A stretch of DNA of 64,000 bases from an uncultured bacterium (GCA_949291455.1 CASEVQ010000002.1:5763-69762), one strand, 5' to 3'; numbered from the stretch's first letter, positions 1 through 10,245 are shown. Numbers and translations: made by a program. Notes: generated from the sequence alone by a model not told the origin.

Positions 1-2499
1 TTCAATGTACTTCCTAAAAGTGTAAAAAGTATTGCAGTATTAGACAGAACTAAAGAACCAGGATCAAAAGAACCTTTATATTTAGATGTATCCGATATTG
101 TTAAAGAAAGTAATAGGAAAATTAAAGTAATTGGTGGACGCTATGGACTATCAAGTAAAAATACAACTCCAGATCATATAAACAGTGTTTTTGAATTTTT
201 AGATATAAAAGATAACTTTAATGGGTTTACAATTGGTATTGATGACGATGTAACAAATTTAAGCTTAAAGCCAGTAAAATTAGATTATAAAAATCCAAAT
301 TATGAGATATTAATATATGGATTTGGTTCTGATGGTATGGTAAGCGTATCAAAAGATATTTTAAAAATAATTGGTAATAATACAAAAGCTTTTACTCAAG
401 GATATTTTGAATATGATTCTAAAAAGTCTGGAGGAGTAACAAAATGCCATATTAGATTAGGTAATAATAAAATAAGATCAACTTATTATGTTGAAAATCC
501 AACGATAGTAGTATGTACCAAAGATACTTATTTAAAAAAATTTAATATGTTAGATAATATAGTAGAAAATGGAATTTTTATTTTAAACACATCTAAGACA
601 AAAGAACAAATATTAGAATACATGGATAATAATGAAAAAGAGATATTGAAAAAAAGACATATAAGATTTTATATAATTAATGCTAATAAAATAGCAATAG
701 AAGAAGGTTTAAATAATAAAATAAATACTATAATGGCTACTATAATATTTAAAATTGGTAAACTTATTGATTTTAATTTTGCAATAAATGAAATAAAAAA
801 ATCTTTAGAAACATTACTTACTAATAAAGGAAAAGAAATTATTGAAAAAAATATAAAAGCAATTGATCGAGCATTAGAAACATTAGAAAACGTTGAAATA
901 GAAAATATAACGATTAAGAATGAGAGAATAATTAAGAATAATAAAAGTGTTTTTGAATTAATCAATGAAAGAAAAGGTAATTCTATACCAGTAAGCAAAT
1001 TAGAACCATATGTTGATGGAACTTTTGAAGGAGGATATTCAAAAAACGAAAAGAAAGACATTACAGAATTTCTTCCTTGTTATAATAAAGAAAATTGTAT
1101 AATGTGCAATCAATGTGCTTTGGTATGTCCGCATGGAGTTATAAGACCATTTTTAGTGGATGATAAAGAAGAAAAAAAAGCTCCGGAATCATTGAAAAAA
1201 GATTTAAAAGATTCATTAATTAAAGACAAAAATTTAAAATTTGTTATTGGTGTAAATATGGATAATTGTACAGGATGTGGTTTATGTAGTAATGTTTGCC
1301 CTGGAAAAAATAACGAAAAAGCATTAATAATGAAACCGACAATGGAAGTAAAAAATGAAGAGAATATTGAAAAAAACAATTATCTTTTTGAAAAAATAAA
1401 AGAAAAGAAAGTAATGAGTTTAAATACCATAAAGGGAAGTCAATTTGCTTATCCAAAGTTTGAATTTTCTGGTGCCTGTGCTGGATGTGGAGAAACTCCA
1501 TATTTAAAATTGTTAACTCAATTATTTGGTAGTGAATTAGTTATTGCTAATGCAACTGGATGTTCATCTATTTATGGTGGAAGTATACCTAGTACTTCAT
1601 ATAGTGTTCCATGGGCTAATTCCCTATTCGAAGACAATGCAGAATTTGGCTTTGGAATGGCTTTGGCCGATAAAGTTCATAAAGAGAGAATAAAAAATGC
1701 AATATATAATAATTTAAAGAAAATACCAAATGAATACAAAGAAATATTTGCTTCATATTATAAAAAATGTGATTATGAATCAAGTTGTCTACTATATGAA
1801 GTAATAGAAAAAACTAAGATAAAAGAATTAATTGAATTGAAACCATTTATAAAAACAAAATCTTTTTGGATAGTTGGTGGAGATGGTTGGGCTTACGATA
1901 TTGGATATAATGGTTTGGATCATGTTTTATCGACAAAAGAAAATGTTAACATTTTAGTATTAGATACTGAAGTATATTCTAATACAGGTGGACAGTCATC
2001 AAAATCAAGTAAAATCGGTAGTGTTGCAAAATTTGCTTCTACTGGCAAAACTGTAGCTAAAAAAGATCTTGCCAAAATTGCACTAGCATATCCCCATGTT
2101 TATGTTGCAACAGTATCTTTAGGAGCAAATATGATGCAAACAATCAAAGCATTTACGGAAGCTAAAAATTATAATGGACCTTCTCTAATAATTGCTTATT
2201 CACCTTGTATTGCTCAAGGAATAAAACTTGGAATGACTAATAGTATTCAAGAAGAAAAGAAAGCTACAGAGTCAGGATATTTTCCAATATTTAGATATAG
2301 CCCAGAAACAAAAGAGTTTTCTTTAGATAGTAAAGTTGACTTTTCTAAATATAGTGAATTCTTAGATGGAGAAACAAGATATTCTTCTTTAGCAAAAGTA
2401 AATCCTGATAAAAAAGATGATTTATATGAGCAAAATCAGAAAAATGCTGAAGAAAGATACAAATATTATGAAAGTTTAACTAATAAGAATAATAATTAA
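1..2499 (+). CDS. nifJ: pyruvate:ferredoxin(flavodoxin) oxidoreductase, C-terminal ~830 aa; 5' end lies outside the window
   Basis: The frame is open from base 1 (FNVLPKSVKSIAVLDRTKEPGS...), upstream of the ATG at 337 used by the ORF track. It has two 4Fe-4S motifs, CIMCNQCALVCP and CTGCGLCSNVCP, and a TPP-binding GDGWAYDIG...GGQSS region. Stop is TAA at 2497-2499. Confidence 0.9.
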   Translation, partial: FNVLPKSVKSIAVLDRTKEPGSKEPLYLDVSDIVKESNRKIKVIGGRYGLSSKNTTPDHINSVFEFLDIKDNFNGFTIGIDDDVTNLSLKPVKLDYKNPNYEILIYGFGSDGMVSVSKDILKIIGNNTKAFTQGYFEYDSKKSGGVTKCHIRLGNNKIRSTYYVENPTIVVCTKDTYLKKFNMLDNIVENGIFILNTSKTKEQILEYMDNNEKEILKKRHIRFYIINANKIAIEEGLNNKINTIMATIIFKIGKLIDFNFAINEIKKSLETLLTNKGKEIIEKNIKAIDRALETLENVEIENITIKNERIIKNNKSVFELINERKGNSIPVSKLEPYVDGTFEGGYSKNEKKDITEFLPCYNKENCIMCNQCALVCPHGVIRPFLVDDKEEKKAPESLKKDLKDSLIKDKNLKFVIGVNMDNCTGCGLCSNVCPGKNNEKALIMKPTMEVKNEENIEKNNYLFEKIKEKKVMSLNTIKGSQFAYPKFEFSGACAGCGETPYLKLLTQLFGSELVIANATGCSSIYGGSIPSTSYSVPWANSLFEDNAEFGFGMALADKVHKERIKNAIYNNLKKIPNEYKEIFASYYKKCDYESSCLLYEVIEKTKIKELIELKPFIKTKSFWIVGGDGWAYDIGYNGLDHVLSTKENVNILVLDTEVYSNTGGQSSKSSKIGSVAKFASTGKTVAKKDLAKIALAYPHVYVATVSLGANMMQTIKAFTEAKNYNGPSLIIAYSPCIAQGIKLGMTNSIQEEKKATESGYFPIFRYSPETKEFSLDSKVDFSKYSEFLDGETRYSSLAKVNPDKKDDLYEQNQKNAEERYKYYESLTNKNNN

Positions 2500-2513
2500 A
2501 GATAAAAATAAAA

Positions 2514-2555
2514 AGACCATTATTATTAAAATAAAAATAATAATAGTCTTTTTTT
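2514..2555 (+). terminator. rho-independent terminator of the PFOR gene
   Basis: A 14-bp AU-rich stem (agaccattattatt / aataataatagtct, one mismatch) is followed by a T6 run directly after the stop codon. Confidence 0.6.
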
Positions 2556-2564
2556 CAAAAAAAA

Positions 2565-2593
2565 GAAGTACCTCCCCCTGAAGAAGGTACTTC
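2565..2593. terminator. hairpin (9-bp perfect stem gaagtacct/aggtacttc) carrying a CCCCCTGAAGAAGG loop, A-run upstream; possible terminator for minus-strand transcription
   Basis: The inverted repeat is read directly from the sequence. It contains a variant of the recurrent CCCCTGAAGG motif. Confidence 0.35.
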
Positions 2594-2794
2594 ACAAAAG
2601 AATAAAAAGGGGTTGGCTAGTGTGATACTAGCGACCAATTCGCCATTTTTCGAATTGGTGATTTCTATAATAATCGAAAGGAAAAGATTTGTCAAGAAGA
2701 ATATAATTAAATTTATATTATTTTAAAGTTAGTAAATTAAAATAGTAAATTCTCGATTAGTTGATTTAAGAGAATTTAATTTTATAATAAATAT

Positions 2795-2827
2795 CCGTTG
2801 AATTATCTTTTTAATTCAACGGATTTT
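2795..2827 (+). terminator. orphan intrinsic terminator-like hairpin
   Basis: The stem ccgttgaatta / aattcaacgg has a 7-nt loop and is followed by ATTTT. There is no annotated ORF upstream on this strand. Confidence 0.45.
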
Positions 2828-2844
2828 AAAGCTAACTTGTTTTT

Positions 2845-2875
2845 GCTTTTTAATTTTTAACTTTTATGATATAAT
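2845..2875 (+). promoter_or_regulatory. extended -10 promoter (TGaTATAAT at 2867-2875) for recG
   Basis: TGATATAAT lies 21 nt upstream of the RBS agaggaag and the ATG at 2896. Confidence 0.4.
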
Positions 2876-2895
2876 ACACAAGAGGAAGTGGTAGT

Positions 2896-4890
2896 ATGGA
2901 TAAGTTATCTAAAGTAAAAGGAATTGGTCCTAAAACAGAGCCTTTATTAAATAAAATAGGTATATTTACAATAGATGATTTAGTTACACATTATCCTTTT
3001 CGATATGATGTTTTAAAAAGAACAGATTTAAAAACTGTTACTGATTTAGAACAAAAAGTAGTAGTAGATGGAAAAGTAGAAAGTATTCCTTTAGTAATTA
3101 GATTTAAAGGTGGAACTAATAAATTAAATTTTCGTTTATCGACTGTAAATGGTATTGTTGGAGTATCAATTTTTGGAAGAGCATTTTTAAAACAAAGTTT
3201 ACCAATAGGAGAAAAAGTAATTGTTATTGGGAAATATGATCCAAATAAAAATATTGTAAATGCTTCAGATATAAAGTTTGGTAATTTAACAAATCAAGAG
3301 AGAATTGAATCTGTATATCATACTACAAGTGGTCTTACTCAAAAAGTTATTTCTAGTGCTATAAATAATGCTTTAGTTAGTTATGGAAATGAAATTGTAG
3401 ATAGTATACCTAAACACTTAATTGAAAAATATAATTTTTTAAATAAAAAGACAGCATTAAATATTGTCCATAATCCTCCTAATTACGATAAACTTAAAGA
3501 AGCTAGTATAAGACTTAAATATGAAGAATTATTTGAATTTATGTTTAAAATAAATTATTTACGTGCAGAAAATAATAAAGATAATATTGGTATTAAAAGA
3601 CACACAGAAAAGAAAATAGATACATTTATAAAAAAATTACCTTTTGAATTAACAGAAGATCAATCAAAGGCTTTAGAAGAAATTATAAATGATTTAAATA
3701 GTGAAAGAAGAATGAATCGTCTTTTACAAGGTGATGTTGGTAGTGGAAAAACAATCGTTGCTATTTTAGCAATGTATTATAATTTTCTTTGTGGTTATCA
3801 AAGTGCTTTGATGGCACCAACGGAAATATTAGCAACTCAGCATTATAATAATATTAAAGAGTTACTTGGAAAAGAAAAAATAAATATTGAATTATTAACT
3901 GGGTCAATTACAAAGAAAGAAAAACAAAGTATATATAATGAATTAAAAGAAGGAAAAGTAAATATAATTATTGGGACACATGCACTTATTCAAGAAGATG
4001 TAGAATATAATAATTTAGGACTAGTAGTGACTGATGAACAGCATAGATTTGGAGTTAATCAACGCTCTAATTTGAAAAATAAAGGTATAAAACCAGATGT
4101 TTTGTATATGAGTGCAACACCAATTCCTAGAACTTATGCTTTAACTATTTATGGTGATATGGATGTATCAATAATAAAACAAATGCCTAAAGGAAGAATA
4201 CCAGTTAAGACTAAAGTATTTACTACTAAAGAAATGAATGATGTTTACAATTTAATGAAAGAAGAATTAAAAGAAAGTCATCAAGTATATGTTATAGCGC
4301 CTTTAATAGAAGAAAATGATGATTTGGATTTAACTAATATATATACTTTACGTGATAAAATAAATTTGATTTTTGGTAATAAGTATAAAATTGACATTGT
4401 ACATGGTAAAATGAAAGCTAAAGAAAAAGAATTAATAATGGAAGAATTTAAACAAAATATTGTAAATATTTTGATAAGTACGACAGTAATAGAAGTAGGA
4501 GTAGATGTTCCTAATGCTACTATGATGGTTATTTTTGATGCTAATAGGTTTGGACTTTCTACTTTACATCAATTAAGAGGAAGAGTGGGAAGAAATTCTT
4601 TAGAATCTAAATGTTTATTAATAAGTGATTCTGATACTAAGAGATTAGAAATAATGGAAAATACAACTGATGGTTTTGTTATTAGCGAAGAAGATTTTAA
4701 ATTACGAGGATCAGGCGATTTATTTGGAACAAAACAAAGTGGGGATATGACTTTTAAAATGGCTAATTTAAAAAATGATTATAAGATATTAGTACAAGCA
4801 AAAATAGATTCTGATGACTATTTAAAAAATGAATGTTATGATAAAGAAGAATTAAAAAAGAGACTTATTGCTACAATAAAAATAGATTAA
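2896..4890 (+). CDS. recG: ATP-dependent DNA helicase RecG
   Basis: The 664-aa protein has an N-terminal wedge/OB region and helicase motifs GDVGSGKT (Walker A) and DEQHRFG (DEQH box). C-terminal helicase motifs are typical of RecG. Confidence 0.9.
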   Translation: MDKLSKVKGIGPKTEPLLNKIGIFTIDDLVTHYPFRYDVLKRTDLKTVTDLEQKVVVDGKVESIPLVIRFKGGTNKLNFRLSTVNGIVGVSIFGRAFLKQSLPIGEKVIVIGKYDPNKNIVNASDIKFGNLTNQERIESVYHTTSGLTQKVISSAINNALVSYGNEIVDSIPKHLIEKYNFLNKKTALNIVHNPPNYDKLKEASIRLKYEELFEFMFKINYLRAENNKDNIGIKRHTEKKIDTFIKKLPFELTEDQSKALEEIINDLNSERRMNRLLQGDVGSGKTIVAILAMYYNFLCGYQSALMAPTEILATQHYNNIKELLGKEKINIELLTGSITKKEKQSIYNELKEGKVNIIIGTHALIQEDVEYNNLGLVVTDEQHRFGVNQRSNLKNKGIKPDVLYMSATPIPRTYALTIYGDMDVSIIKQMPKGRIPVKTKVFTTKEMNDVYNLMKEELKESHQVYVIAPLIEENDDLDLTNIYTLRDKINLIFGNKYKIDIVHGKMKAKEKELIMEEFKQNIVNILISTTVIEVGVDVPNATMMVIFDANRFGLSTLHQLRGRVGRNSLESKCLLISDSDTKRLEIMENTTDGFVISEEDFKLRGSGDLFGTKQSGDMTFKMANLKNDYKILVQAKIDSDDYLKNECYDKEELKKRLIATIKID

Positions 4891-4914
4891 TTTGAAAAAT
4901 AAAAATAAATTCAA

Positions 4915-4943
4915 TTGACAATTTTTAAATAACATATTATGAT
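4915..4943 (+). promoter_or_regulatory. sigma70-like promoter TTGACA-17nt-TATGAT
   Basis: TTGACA at 4915-4920 and TATGAT at 4938-4943 are separated by a 17-nt spacer. No ORF lies downstream before the integrase on the other strand. Confidence 0.4.
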
Positions 4944-4949
4944 TAATAT

Positions 4950-5053
4950 GCATGATGGTAAAACATTGTGCACACTCTTACCGTCATATAATGTAAGAGT
5001 GTATTCAACCAAACCCCCTGAAGGAGCCGAAAGGCTCCGCTTTTGTTTATTTT
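4950..5053 (+). ncRNA. candidate ~100-nt small RNA (unclassified): 9-bp hairpin 4972-5002, CCCCCTGAAGG, then terminator hairpin ggagcc-gaaa-ggctcc plus U-run
   Basis: A promoter, two hairpins and an intrinsic terminator sit without any ORF directly beside the attL of the integrated element. No known RNA family was recognised. Confidence 0.25.
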
Positions 5054-5078
5054 ATAAGGATTTTAAGCCTTTAAAAAT

Positions 5079-5105
5079 ATTTTAGGTGCTATTTAGGTGC
5101 TAAAA
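5079..5105. repeat. 27-bp direct repeat ATTTTAGGTGCTATTTAGGTGCTAAAA (putative attL)
   Basis: It is identical to 13571-13597 and contains an internal tandem 11-mer TTTAGGTGCTA x2. Confidence 0.75.
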
Positions 5106-5153
5106 TACATAAAAAAATAATGGTAAGCGATTAAACTTACCATTATTTTACGT

Positions 5154-6365
5154 TTATAGACATATTTCTATATCATTTTTTTCATTAGTTATATTATCAT
5201 TATCAATAGTATTTTTTTCTTTTTCTCTTTCTCTTTCAGCTAGTAAAATACTATTGTTTCTATTTATGAGCTTAACTATATCTTCAAGTTTATTTTGATA
5301 CATATGAGAGTAGGTATTTAGTGTTTCATCAATTTTAGTATGACCTAAATATTTTGCCACTAGAGTAATACTAGCACCATAATTTATTAAGAAAGAAGCA
5401 CAGGAGTGTCTAAAGTCGTGTATTCTTATTTGCTTTACCTGTGCTAATTTACAATTTCTATTTTTTCTACTTCTAATAGAGTCTTTTGTAAGAGGTAAGT
5501 CATTACCAAAAACAAACCACTCTTGAGAAAAGTTTTTAAACTCTTTTTTATAATCGTATAACTTTTTTAAATCAGCTAGTAGTAAATCATTGATAGGTAA
5601 GTCACGATTACTATTTTGTGTTTTTAATGGACTTAATTTGTAGTTATCCATACTATAAATCGATGGTATTTGTTTATATATTCTCATTATCTTATTTTTA
5701 AAATCTATATCTTTCCATTGTAAGCCTCTTAATTCTCCTTTGCGAAGTCCCATATAATAAAGAGTTTCGAATAGAGATTTAAACATTATATCATCTTCAA
5801 CTGATATAAATTGATTAAACTCATCAATAGTAAAAAATAGCATTTCTTTTTTCAATTCATTAGGATTAGTAAAGTTAGTCATTTTATTATATACTGGAGT
5901 AAAATTAAAATCATACCATTTACTACCATAATTTAATATTGCTTTTATAAACTTAAATAAATCATTTTTATAAGAAGTAGCTAGAGGTAATTTATTAATT
6001 TCTTTCTTCCATAATTCAAAATGATTAATATTAAAATCCTTTAATTTTATATTATCGAAATACTGTAAATACTTAACTCTATCTCTATAAGTTTTTATTG
6101 TACTTTCTCTAACTTTATCACTTTGATAATTGTAAAAAGATAAATATAAATCTTTAAAAGTCATATCTTTATGATTTATATTCTGATCGAGCGATAAGAG
6201 GAACTGCCTTTCAGCTTCTTGTGCCTCTTTCTTCGTCATATATTTTCTTGAACGATATTTTTTATTTAGTCCATCTAATCCTTTATAATAAACTTGAAAA
6301 ATCCATTTTCTACCATCTTTAGTTTGTTCTTTAGGCTTTACTTGTAATACAGCTATAATAATCAC
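5154..6365 (-). CDS. tyrosine site-specific integrase
   Basis: The C-terminus HDFRHSCASFLINYGASITLVAKYLGHTKIDETLNTYSHMY gives the R..H.R.Y catalytic signature. There is an N-terminal SAM-like core-binding region. Confidence 0.85.
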   Translation of the reverse strand: MIIIAVLQVKPKEQTKDGRKWIFQVYYKGLDGLNKKYRSRKYMTKKEAQEAERQFLLSLDQNINHKDMTFKDLYLSFYNYQSDKVRESTIKTYRDRVKYLQYFDNIKLKDFNINHFELWKKEINKLPLATSYKNDLFKFIKAILNYGSKWYDFNFTPVYNKMTNFTNPNELKKEMLFFTIDEFNQFISVEDDIMFKSLFETLYYMGLRKGELRGLQWKDIDFKNKIMRIYKQIPSIYSMDNYKLSPLKTQNSNRDLPINDLLLADLKKLYDYKKEFKNFSQEWFVFGNDLPLTKDSIRSRKNRNCKLAQVKQIRIHDFRHSCASFLINYGASITLVAKYLGHTKIDETLNTYSHMYQNKLEDIVKLINRNNSILLAEREREKEKNTIDNDNITNEKNDIEICL

Positions 6366-6398
6366 GTCCTTTCTTTAAATCTTTTTATTTTAATATTT

Positions 6399-7838
6399 CT
6401 ATAAACCAATTTCATAATCATCTTTGTCTTTATCTTTAGCTTTTCTATTGTCATAATCATAGTAATCATAATTAATAGCATCAGCTAGATTTTCATAATC
6501 TTCAACATAATCTTTAGGCTCTCTATCTAGTAGCTTATCAATAGCCTTACACATTTTTTTAAATAGTTTTTTCCATTTGTTAACTTCAACTTCAAGTTTT
6601 TCTTTTAAATTATCAATACTATTATTTAAAATATTAACAATACCTTTTAATTTATTAATCTCTTTACTTTGTTCTTTAATAGTAGCCTTTTGCTCAGTAA
6701 TAATTTTATCTCGTTTAATAATTTCTTCATTGTTTTTAAAACTGGTATTTTCTTTAGATAATTTCATTATAGTTAAATCTTTGTTTTTAATTTCACTTTG
6801 CTGAAAGATATTAACTTGCTCTAAACCTTTAGAATATTCTACGATTTTTTGAACGTCATTAGAGTTATAACCAACAATAGTTTTTTTAGGATTTAATATA
6901 TCTTTATTAACGGCTTTATTGGACTCTATAAGGGCATTTTTAGAGTTTTCTATCACTTTTAAGGTATTTTCCTTTTCTTGATTTAAAAGCTCTAATTCAG
7001 CCTTATTTTCCTCTATTTGGAACTCTAATTTAGTCTTGTGTTCTACATTAGCTCCAATATTACCTCTATCTAAATTAAAACCTCGTTCTGTAATAAACTT
7101 ATGAAAAGAGTTTTGTAATTTAGCATAAGAGTTTTGAGCTCCTCGTTGTTTCCAAAACTGGTCGTTATTTAAAAAGTTACCTTTAACTTTCTCATAAACG
7201 ATTTTACCTTTTTCATCTCTTAATATTTTAGGAACTAGTGTAGTATTACCATTTTTATTTTTAACTTCTTCTTTAATGACGTTTCCATTTTTATCTTTGA
7301 CGTAACATTTTCTTTTTACTTCATTTACAACTGGTAGAAAATATGCTTGTAGGTGAGGAGTATCTTCATCATAATGTATTTGAGCTAATATAATATTTTC
7401 TTCTCCAACATAATCTTTAAGAAACTCCATACAAGAGTCAAAGAAATAACTAACAGTTTGTGGTATATCTTCTTTAGATTTTATATAAGGAATTTTTACA
7501 CTTTGTCCTTTTTTATTTCCTGTTTTATAAGTTCTACCACTATCTATAAACTTCATACCTAGAGCTTCAAAAAACTCTGTTCCACTTGTAAAGGTAATTC
7601 CATTTAATAGGTTAGTGGAAGCTTTATTTAGATATTCTATATTTCTTTTCTTTAAGGTTTGTTTTACTTCTTGATACAGGTTTCTTTCGCTCATAGATAT
7701 ATATTCTACATTGAACTTTCGTCTTTCAATATCATAATTACCTGTACCTTTTCTATCTTTCATTTCAATACCAATGTTATATAAATCTTTTTGTTTGAAC
7801 TTTGTTTCTACTCGTACTACTTGTTTTCCATCATACAA
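6399..7838 (-). CDS. Mob/Pre-family (MobV) relaxase
   Basis: HYDEDTPHLQAYFLPVV matches the HxDE..PH.H relaxase motif III. The long C-terminus is coiled-coil rich. Confidence 0.7.
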   Translation of the reverse strand: MYDGKQVVRVETKFKQKDLYNIGIEMKDRKGTGNYDIERRKFNVEYISMSERNLYQEVKQTLKKRNIEYLNKASTNLLNGITFTSGTEFFEALGMKFIDSGRTYKTGNKKGQSVKIPYIKSKEDIPQTVSYFFDSCMEFLKDYVGEENIILAQIHYDEDTPHLQAYFLPVVNEVKRKCYVKDKNGNVIKEEVKNKNGNTTLVPKILRDEKGKIVYEKVKGNFLNNDQFWKQRGAQNSYAKLQNSFHKFITERGFNLDRGNIGANVEHKTKLEFQIEENKAELELLNQEKENTLKVIENSKNALIESNKAVNKDILNPKKTIVGYNSNDVQKIVEYSKGLEQVNIFQQSEIKNKDLTIMKLSKENTSFKNNEEIIKRDKIITEQKATIKEQSKEINKLKGIVNILNNSIDNLKEKLEVEVNKWKKLFKKMCKAIDKLLDREPKDYVEDYENLADAINYDYYDYDNRKAKDKDKDDYEIGL

Positions 7839-8163
7839 TAAATGTTCCTCCTTTCTCTTAAAAGGTCATTTACGACCTATCTCACTAGGGCATAGCCCAC
7901 TCGTGAGTTTAGGGAGTTCCCTAAAAACCCCTGTCTCGTTCTTCGCAGAATACCTAAACTTATGTAAAGGTATTCGCTACAAACAAGATTAAAGAATAAC
8001 TATCTACAAGATACTTATTCTTTAAATAATTTTTTAAAGTAACTTTAAAAAATGTAAAAATATTCACTATCGCTACTTTCATTGAAACTCACGTTTCAGC
8101 AAAACGTACCTCGTTCATTTTTTACTAACTTTTTAGAAAAAAGCTACAAAAACTTTATGAAAA

Positions 8164-9117
8164 CTATTCGTTTTCATAAGTAGGTTCTTTATATATTGCA
8201 GTATATGTTCTTTCATTAGAAGTTCTTTTTTGCTCTATATAAAGTCCTTCTTTTTCTAAATTATCAATATTATTATTTAATAATTTACCAAATACAGATG
8301 GGGTAATAGGTAAGTTCAACTTACTTGTTATGTCCGAAGCAGTAAAGGTAAATTCTTTTTGTTTTATTGCATAATTTAGAAAGGTTAATATATTGTAATT
8401 TAAGTCCTCACTTTCAACTTCTGATAACTCAAATATTAGATTATCATTTCTTTTTAGAACTAGATCTAATCCCTCATAATCTCTACTTTCATAAGTGAAT
8501 ATAATTTTATTTTTAATATTAATATCTTGCTTTAAGGTTATCTTCCCATCAACAGAGCCATCAATAGCAGTGCTACCAAGAGAAGTATTGTTTTTATTTA
8601 AGTGATGAATAAGCAAGATAGTAAAATTATATTTTTTACAAATCTCTCTAAACTTTGGAATTACATATTGTCCCATATCTTGATAATTATTTAAGTCATA
8701 GCCATTATTCATATCAATACCACTAAACATATCAATGATTACAAATCTACCATTGTAGTCAGTAGCAAAGGTTTGAAAATCTAATTGTAAGTCCATAAGG
8801 TTTAGTTTTCTTTCGTTAGGACTTTGTTCTATTAAAGCAAAATTACTATCATCAAATTGTAGTTGCATTTTATCAATTCGACTCATAATTTGCGTGTAAT
8901 CCATTTCTGTGCTAATATATAAGACAGGAGATGGAGTAGTTCTAAATCCTAGAAATGGTTGTCCTGTTGCAATAGAGTTGGCAAGTTGTAGTGCTAATAG
9001 AGACTTACCAACTTTAGGTCTTGCAACAAGACAATATAATCCTTTGGACTTCATTAAGTTATCAACGATGAAGTCTTTTTTTGTGAAACTTTTTCTCATC
9101 TCACTTATAGTTTTCAT
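8164..9117 (-). CDS. RecA-fold replication ATPase (AAA_25/RepA-like)
   Basis: It has Walker A LVARPKVGKSLLALQLA and Walker B-like FVIIDMFSGID, followed by LLIHHLNKN. This is typical of plasmid or ICE RepA/primase-associated helicase loaders. Confidence 0.6.
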   Translation of the reverse strand: MKTISEMRKSFTKKDFIVDNLMKSKGLYCLVARPKVGKSLLALQLANSIATGQPFLGFRTTPSPVLYISTEMDYTQIMSRIDKMQLQFDDSNFALIEQSPNERKLNLMDLQLDFQTFATDYNGRFVIIDMFSGIDMNNGYDLNNYQDMGQYVIPKFREICKKYNFTILLIHHLNKNNTSLGSTAIDGSVDGKITLKQDINIKNKIIFTYESRDYEGLDLVLKRNDNLIFELSEVESEDLNYNILTFLNYAIKQKEFTFTASDITSKLNLPITPSVFGKLLNNNIDNLEKEGLYIEQKRTSNERTYTAIYKEPTYENE

Positions 9118-9132
9118 TTCTTACACCTCTCA

Positions 9133-9372
9133 TCAGTTAACAACCTCTTTTGCCATCTTTTGAAGATATGCAATATTGATTTTTAAATAACTTACAACTT
9201 CGTTCATTGGAAGTAGTTTACTAGGTAATTGATAACCTTTATTTTCTAGTGAGGTTTTAATCTCTTTTTTTAATTTAATAGCATTATTTTTACCTAGCCC
9301 TGTAAGCTTTCTTAAATCTTCTAAATCACACCATTGTTTTGATATTAAAGTTAATGTTTCTTTTGCAGTCAT
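9133..9372 (-). CDS. DUF3173-like small protein (found beside integrases in streptococcal-type IMEs)
   Basis: The 79-aa protein has the motif LISKQWCDLEDLRKLTGLG. It sits in the position between rep and int usually occupied by an excisionase-like gene. Confidence 0.45.
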   Translation of the reverse strand: MTAKETLTLISKQWCDLEDLRKLTGLGKNNAIKLKKEIKTSLENKGYQLPSKLLPMNEVVSYLKINIAYLQKMAKEVVN

Positions 9373-9606
9373 TAATTCGCCTCTCTTTCTGTTTTTATAG
9401 TGATGGTTTTAGTGTTACCAACAACTCCCTTTTAGGATGTATATATAGTTATTAGCCATATATCTAAGGAGGATTTTAGATTATCCACAACTCCCGTACC
9501 AATAGGGTTAAGCCTTGTACTTATTTAACGAGTCGGCATATCGGCGATTTCCAACTCTATGTAATTGCCAAAGAGCAATTAATAAGTTGTAAAATGTTTT
9601 AAAATG

Positions 9607-9660
9607 CAACTTATAAGTTGAATATACACTATAAAAACATTGTTGTCAACCTAAAAGTTG
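9607..9660. promoter_or_regulatory. two 14-bp inverted repeats CAACTTATAAGTTG (9607-9620) and CAACCTAAAAGTTG (9647-9660), candidate operators
   Basis: One is a perfect palindrome and the other a near-perfect one. Both lie in the divergent intergenic region between DUF3173 and the XRE gene. Confidence 0.45.
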
Positions 9661-9741
9661 CAAAACAATCTATTTTTAAACAAAAAGGTTGAAATAATGT
9701 TTAAAATATGTTATATTTATACACAAGAAAGGAGTTTTACT

Positions 9742-10245
9742 ATGCAGGAAACAGTAGGACAAATGATAGCAAGAGCGAGAGAAGAAAAAGGTTTGTCTAA
9801 AAGAGAACTATCAAGGATGGCTAATATTAGTGATACAGAACTTGCTAGAATTGAGTCTGGAGAAAGAGAAATTCCTAACCCTAAAACTTTAAGAAAAATC
9901 AGTAAATATATAGGAGTTAATTATAATGATTTAATGTATGCAGCAGGACTTGGTTTTCAAGTTAGTCCTTTAAATCCATTTTTAAAAAAATATTACTCTA
10001 ATTTAAAAGGAGAAGAATTAGAAGAAGCATTAGTTAATACATTAGGTAGTATTGAAAACTGGGAAGCTTTAGTAAAGTCTTTAAAAAGTAGATTAGAAGA
10101 TAATACTTTGATGGACGAAGAAAAAGAAATGATACAACAAACAATAGAAGATACAGAATATCAAATTAATTCGGCTAATGAAATTGTTAAATTATTACAT
10201 AGTGCAAAAACAAAGGAGAGGATCGATAATGAAAGAAAAGATTAA
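9742..10245 (+). CDS. XRE-family HTH transcriptional regulator
   Basis: The start is moved to the ATG at 9742, which follows the RBS aaggag. The HTH is QMIARAREEKGLSKRELSRMANISDTELARIESGER. Confidence 0.7.
   Translation: MQETVGQMIARAREEKGLSKRELSRMANISDTELARIESGEREIPNPKTLRKISKYIGVNYNDLMYAAGLGFQVSPLNPFLKKYYSNLKGEELEEALVNTLGSIENWEALVKSLKSRLEDNTLMDEEKEMIQQTIEDTEYQINSANEIVKLLHSAKTKERIDNERKD

Noticed and set aside
669-1501. Three minus-strand ORFs (669-1061, 1110-1379, 1244-1501) inside the PFOR gene
   Set aside because: They are low-complexity, Phe/Ile-rich translations of the antisense of an AT-rich coding region. PFOR on the + strand is unambiguous, so these are shadow ORFs.
6577-9163. Plus-strand ORFs 6577-6804, 7774-7992 and 8909-9163 inside or overlapping the relaxase and RepA-like genes
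   Set aside because: They are antisense shadow ORFs with no RBS and hydrophobic junk composition.
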